Below are positions 60,485 through 64,000 of a DNA stretch of 64,000 nucleotides, one piece after another; within the stretch, counting starts at the first letter, position 1, and every line of letters begins with the position of its first letter. Source of the DNA: an uncultured Rubrivirga sp. (GTDB lineage Bacteria > Actinomycetota > Actinomycetes > S36-B12); assembly GCA_964385255.1 (NCBI GenBank), contig CAYLOH010000002.1:22965-86964 (forward strand), given 5' to 3'. Made by a program: the position numbers and the translations under genes. The notes under the pieces are model-generated. The model was not told the origin of the DNA. It ran no database searches and worked only from the letters and a program-made list of their open reading frames with translations.

Positions 60485-60976
60485 TCAGGATGATGCCCCG
60501 GGTGCCCCGAAGTCTTCCGGTGAGACCTGATCCAAGAACTCACGGAACTTCTCCACCTGGTCTTCCTCGACGGGCTCCTCGTCGGCCGGAATCTCGATGC
60601 CCGCATCGTCCAATACCGCTTCCGAACCGACGATCGGCACCTGCGCTCGCAATGCCAACGCGATGGCATCCGACGGGCGCGCCTGCACCTCGATCCCGGA
60701 GTCGAACACGATGACCGCGTAGAAGACACCATCCTGCAGATCGGTGATTCGTACCTCGGTGATCGTCGCACCGAGCGCAGCCAGGAGATCCTTCATCAGG
60801 TCGTGGGTCAGCGGCCTGGGTGGAACGACTCCCTGTTGGGCATACGCGATGGCCGTCGCCTCGACCGCCCCGACCCAGATCGGCAGGTAGCGCTCCCCCG
60901 AGCTCTCACGCAAGAGGACGATCGGGGTGTTCGAGGGCATCTCCATGCGCACGCCCACTACGTCCAACGGGATCAT
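60485..60976 (-). CDS. bifunctional nuclease (DUF151) family protein
   Basis: 163 aa with LLRESSGERYLPIWVG and DARPSDAIALALR motifs typical of the family. It has an acidic C-terminal tail. Confidence 0.85.
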   Translation of the reverse strand: MIPLDVVGVRMEMPSNTPIVLLRESSGERYLPIWVGAVEATAIAYAQQGVVPPRPLTHDLMKDLLAALGATITEVRITDLQDGVFYAVIVFDSGIEVQARPSDAIALALRAQVPIVGSEAVLDDAGIEIPADEEPVEEDQVEKFREFLDQVSPEDFGAPGASS

Positions 60977-61037
60977 GACACCAGGCTAGCCACGGCTCGG
61001 ACCATCGGATAGCCAAGCGTGAACGCCGAGAGCGAAA

Positions 61038-61748
61038 TCAGGCCTTCCCCGAGCGGATCAGCTCGGCTCTCAAGAGCGCAGCATGCAGTTGGACGAACAG
61101 TGCGGCGATCTCGCGCACGGCTTCTTGGGCCCGCACGCGGGAGTCTCGCTCCCGACCGGTCGTCTTGGCGAACGGAGTTGCCATTTGCTCGATAAGTCCA
61201 GTCTCACGGTCAGCGACCACTCGAAAACTTCGCATGTGACGCCCCTCGAAACCGAACTGCTGCAATCGCGCGGCGAGCTGGCAGATGATCACCGCGTCCT
61301 CGTCGTAATGACCCGCCGGACTCACCCACACCAATCCGAGTGCCTCCAGTTCCGCGACGTATGCCTCGTGGAGTTCGGCCATCTCCGCCAGTTCCGAACG
61401 CGTTAAGCGAACGCGACCGGCGCCGGGACGAAAGTCCTCCGGCCGCATGCCGCTGCCTGCGGCGGCCGGCGCGTCGTCGGCGCTCTTGTCGAGTTGCTCA
61501 CGGATGACCTTGAGTGGCAGATACTGGTCACGCTGCAAAACCAATACGTCGCGGAGTCGGCGAACATCGTCATCACTGAATCGGCGATAGCCGCTCGAGG
61601 TCCGGGCGGGCGTGATGAGGCCTTCCGTCTCCAAAAACCGGATCTTGCTGATCGTCACATCAGGAAACTCGCGCTTGAGCAGGCTGAGAACCTCACCAAT
61701 GCTGAGGGTTCCCTGGATGGATGACTCCGACTCGCTGCGGGCACTCAT
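61038..61748 (-). CDS. ftsR: MerR family cell-division regulator FtsR-like (Rv1828-like)
   Basis: N-terminal HTH with DVTISKIRFLETEGLITPARTSSGYRRF and QRDQYLPLKVIREQL. The start overlaps the FHA gene stop (ATGA). Confidence 0.82.
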   Translation of the reverse strand: MSARSESESSIQGTLSIGEVLSLLKREFPDVTISKIRFLETEGLITPARTSSGYRRFSDDDVRRLRDVLVLQRDQYLPLKVIREQLDKSADDAPAAAGSGMRPEDFRPGAGRVRLTRSELAEMAELHEAYVAELEALGLVWVSPAGHYDEDAVIICQLAARLQQFGFEGRHMRSFRVVADRETGLIEQMATPFAKTTGRERDSRVRAQEAVREIAALFVQLHAALLRAELIRSGKA

Positions 61749-62242
61749 GTTGACGAATCGACGCCGACCAGGAAGATGAAGCGAAATTTGCCCACTTGCA
61801 CCTCGTCGCCGCCGTGAAGTCGCTGATCGTCCACGCGCACGCGGTTTACGTAGGTGCCGTTCAAACTCCCAACATCCCGCACACTCCAGCCGTCGGCGCC
61901 GCGGCGAAACTCCGCATGCCTGCGGCTGACCGTGACATCGTCCAAGAACACGTCGGATTCCGGCGAGCGGCCCACGCCGACGATGTCTGCGTCGGCGGGC
62001 AAGAGGAACTCACTCCCCTCCGACGGGCCCTTGTGGACGATGAGTAGGGCGGCGCCGGTGGGCAACTCTCGGTGGATACCCGTACCCAAGGCAGCCGCAG
62101 GACCGGTCCCCGTGGGCGGTCCCGCGGAAAGCGAGGAGATGGCCCCCGTCTGGTCGACGTCACTGAAAGCCAACGGCGCTCCGCAGGCGGCACAGAAACG
62201 GTCCTCCGGGTGCACGGGCTTGCCGCATGCCGGACACGTCAT
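61745..62242 (-). CDS. zinc-ribbon + FHA domain protein in the GarA/OdhI genomic position
   Basis: N-terminal CPACG-x11-CAACG. The C-terminal FHA core is GRSPESDVFLDDVTVSRRHAEF...SLNGTYVN. Confidence 0.85.
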   Translation of the reverse strand: MTCPACGKPVHPEDRFCAACGAPLAFSDVDQTGAISSLSAGPPTGTGPAAALGTGIHRELPTGAALLIVHKGPSEGSEFLLPADADIVGVGRSPESDVFLDDVTVSRRHAEFRRGADGWSVRDVGSLNGTYVNRVRVDDQRLHGGDEVQVGKFRFIFLVGVDSST

Positions 62243-62295
62243 GGGCTCGCTCCCTTCACCGTGGCCTCCGGGCCGTACTCACGTTCAACCGCAGC

Positions 62296-62679
62296 CTAAG
62301 CCCCGCGGGTCATCCCCTCGTAGTCGCTCGCCGAGAGGAGTCCCTCGAGCTGCGCGGGTTCACTCAGGCGAATCCTCATCAACCAACCCTCGGCATAGGG
62401 CGAAGAATTGATCAACTCGGGATTCGCGTCGACGGCGGCATTCACTTCGATGACTTCACCGCTGACCGGCGCATACAACTCGCTCACGCTCTTGGTGGAC
62501 TCGACTTCACCGCACGAATCACCGGCAGCGACTGAGTCCCCCACGGTAGGCAAGGACACGAAAACGATGTCGCCCAATGACTCCTGGGCGTAATGCGTGA
62601 TTCCGACGCTGACCGTGTTCGCATCATCGGTGCGAACCCACTCGTGCTCAGATGTGTATCTCAACTCACCCGGAATCAT
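62296..62679 (-). CDS. gcvH: glycine cleavage system H protein
   Basis: Lipoyl-lysine motif VESTKSVSELYAPVSGEV. GAAGGGG lies 7 nt upstream of ATG 62679, so the track start is trimmed. Confidence 0.95.
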   Translation of the reverse strand: MIPGELRYTSEHEWVRTDDANTVSVGITHYAQESLGDIVFVSLPTVGDSVAAGDSCGEVESTKSVSELYAPVSGEVIEVNAAVDANPELINSSPYAEGWLMRIRLSEPAQLEGLLSASDYEGMTRGA

Positions 62680-62725
62680 GTTGGACCCCTTCTCGTGCAC
62701 TCGCACTCTCGAGTGCATGCCGAGA

Positions 62726-63316
62726 CTAGTCCACCGTGGGTCGAAATCGCCTGCCGATGGCGATCATGCGATAGGCGTAGCGCAGGCCTGCCCACCAGTA
62801 CAGGAACGTCCCCCAGAGCGCGAAGGCCCACCCGAACGCACTGATCACGCTCCCCCACCAGCCGGGGAGTGATCCCAAAAGCAACACGGGAAAGCCCCAC
62901 AGCAGTGCAAAGGTCCCCGCCTTACCGACGTAGGTCACCGGCAGTGCAACCTGTCCAGCCCGACGTAACAGCGGCAGCAGAACCAACAAGAACAGGTCGC
63001 GTCCGACCAGGATCGCGACCAACCACCAACCGATGATGTCCCGAAGCGCCAAGCCTACGAGGGTCGCGAGGATGTACAGGCGATCAACGAGTGGGTCGAG
63101 AATCTCACCCAGTCGGCTTGTCTGGTCGAGTTTGCGGGCGAGGTATCCGTCGAACCAGTCACTGGCTCCTGCGATCACGAGGACAATGAACGCCCAGACG
63201 TCCGCCTGCTGGACCAGAACGAGCCACAGGAACAGCGGGATGCCCACAAGCCTGAGCAGACTCAGCGCGTTCGGCACAGTCCGCCAGTTGTCGGTGAGTG
63301 CAGTGTGCGGTGTCAC
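62726..63316 (-). CDS. pgsA: CDP-alcohol phosphatidyltransferase family protein (PgsA-like)
   Basis: DWFDGYLARK...G..LDPLVD matches D(x2)DG(x2)AR...G(x3)D(x3)D. Multiple TM helices. The GTG start overlaps the upstream stop. Confidence 0.88.
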   Translation of the reverse strand: MTPHTALTDNWRTVPNALSLLRLVGIPLFLWLVLVQQADVWAFIVLVIAGASDWFDGYLARKLDQTSRLGEILDPLVDRLYILATLVGLALRDIIGWWLVAILVGRDLFLLVLLPLLRRAGQVALPVTYVGKAGTFALLWGFPVLLLGSLPGWWGSVISAFGWAFALWGTFLYWWAGLRYAYRMIAIGRRFRPTVD

Positions 63317-64000
63317 GACGACATTCCTCGAGCGGCCGTTCCCTCATGGCGACCCTTGGTGCGCAGCCCGTGGATGCTGATGAGCAGCATCAGCACTCCC
63401 AGCACGGCCGTCATCACCCCACCGACGAGTGCGACGAGTCCGATGTTCTGCGCTCCCGAAATCTCCAGTTCCCCTGCAACCTCGACGGCCGTCAACGAGG
63501 ATTCACTCGATCCCGAGACGACCACACTCGTCCCGCGATCCGGTAACGGCAGTGCGACCACCCCACCGGTCGACGCGGTGGCCCACCAGCCGGTCACACC
63601 GGAGAACTGCGGGTCCTCAGAACCTTCCTGCGGCACGACGGCGGTAGCGGACCACGCGCCATCGGCGACTTCCACCAGGCAATAACGAGCCCCCAGCAAC
63701 TGCTGCTCGACGGCTCCTTGACTAGCGGATCCGATAAGCCAGGGTGCCGTACTCGTGCCGATCGGTCGGATGGTGAGCAGCGGTAGCGAGAGATCGTCGA
63801 GCGGCTTGAATCGCTCGATTTGCCCGGCATCGACGCGAGCGTCGGCGATCTCCATGACCACTGTCGAGCACCCGGGCACCTCGACGCGCTCGGCTCCAGT
63901 TCGAAGGGAGTCTCCGCCGCGCAGTTCTGTCATGAGGAGGCCACCGATCCCCGCCGCAATGACCCCAGCGAGAGTGAGCGCGCCACCGACCGTGGCAAGG
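63313..64000 (-). CDS. hypothetical membrane protein, 5' end probably beyond window
   Basis: The frame stays open upstream of ATG 63933 to the window edge and encodes a TM-like LATVGGALTLAGVIAAGIGGLL. A C-terminal TM is also present (LVALVGGVMTAVLGVLMLLI). The stop overlaps the pgsA start. Confidence 0.55.
   Translation of the reverse strand, partial: LATVGGALTLAGVIAAGIGGLLMTELRGGDSLRTGAERVEVPGCSTVVMEIADARVDAGQIERFKPLDDLSLPLLTIRPIGTSTAPWLIGSASQGAVEQQLLGARYCLVEVADGAWSATAVVPQEGSEDPQFSGVTGWWATASTGGVVALPLPDRGTSVVVSGSSESSLTAVEVAGELEISGAQNIGLVALVGGVMTAVLGVLMLLISIHGLRTKGRHEGTAARGMSS

Noticed and set aside
62697-62716. CIRCE-like GCACTC...GAGTGC palindrome upstream of gcvH (a possible HrcA operator).
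   Set aside because: - The spacer is 8 nt (or 2 nt), not 9.
- The flanking TTA/TAA of the CIRCE consensus are absent.
- The downstream gene is not a chaperone.

It is more likely a pgsA terminator hairpin or a local gcvH leader structure.

Overview
This is a high-GC (by eye) actinobacterial chromosomal backbone, densely packed with conserved housekeeping genes. I call about 68 CDS, one tRNA-Leu(GAG) and one tandem glycine riboswitch.

Main blocks, in order:
- acn, dxs, fadBA, rnd and msrB
- an orphan membrane histidine kinase
- uppP and corA
- a phosphomutase / DUF3090 / PI3-4-kinase-like trio followed by mshC and pgi
- a complete Pup-proteasome region: PAC2, trmI, arc, dop, pup, prcBA, pafA, two FKBP genes, pafBC
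- tatAC, a DAG-kinase-like lipid kinase and helY
- lnt-ppm1, fxsA, rbpA and argG
- riboswitch-controlled gcvP
- the conserved MerR / DUF151 nuclease / FtsR / FHA / gcvH / pgsA block

From memory, gene order parallels the M. tuberculosis regions around Rv1822-Rv1832 and Rv2092c-Rv2136c. The host is therefore Actinomycetota that use mycothiol, F420 and Pup. I cannot assign a genus.

I saw no transposases, integrases, prophage genes, CRISPR arrays or defence-island-like content. I did not find convincing evidence for a wholly new multi-gene system.

The items most worth a second look are:
1. the functionally unassigned, translationally chained three-gene trio upstream of mshC
2. an 18-bp perfect AT-rich palindrome abutting the aconitase ribosome-binding site
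3. an orphan histidine kinase with an atypical polytopic sensor
4. a zinc-ribbon-FHA protein in the GarA/OdhI position
5. a recurrent TAGGGT-N6/7-start-codon architecture that implies many leaderless transcripts, including a mirror-symmetric divergent pair and an internal promoter for pup

The many long ORFs antisense to, or frame-shifted within, real genes are treated as high-GC shadow ORFs.
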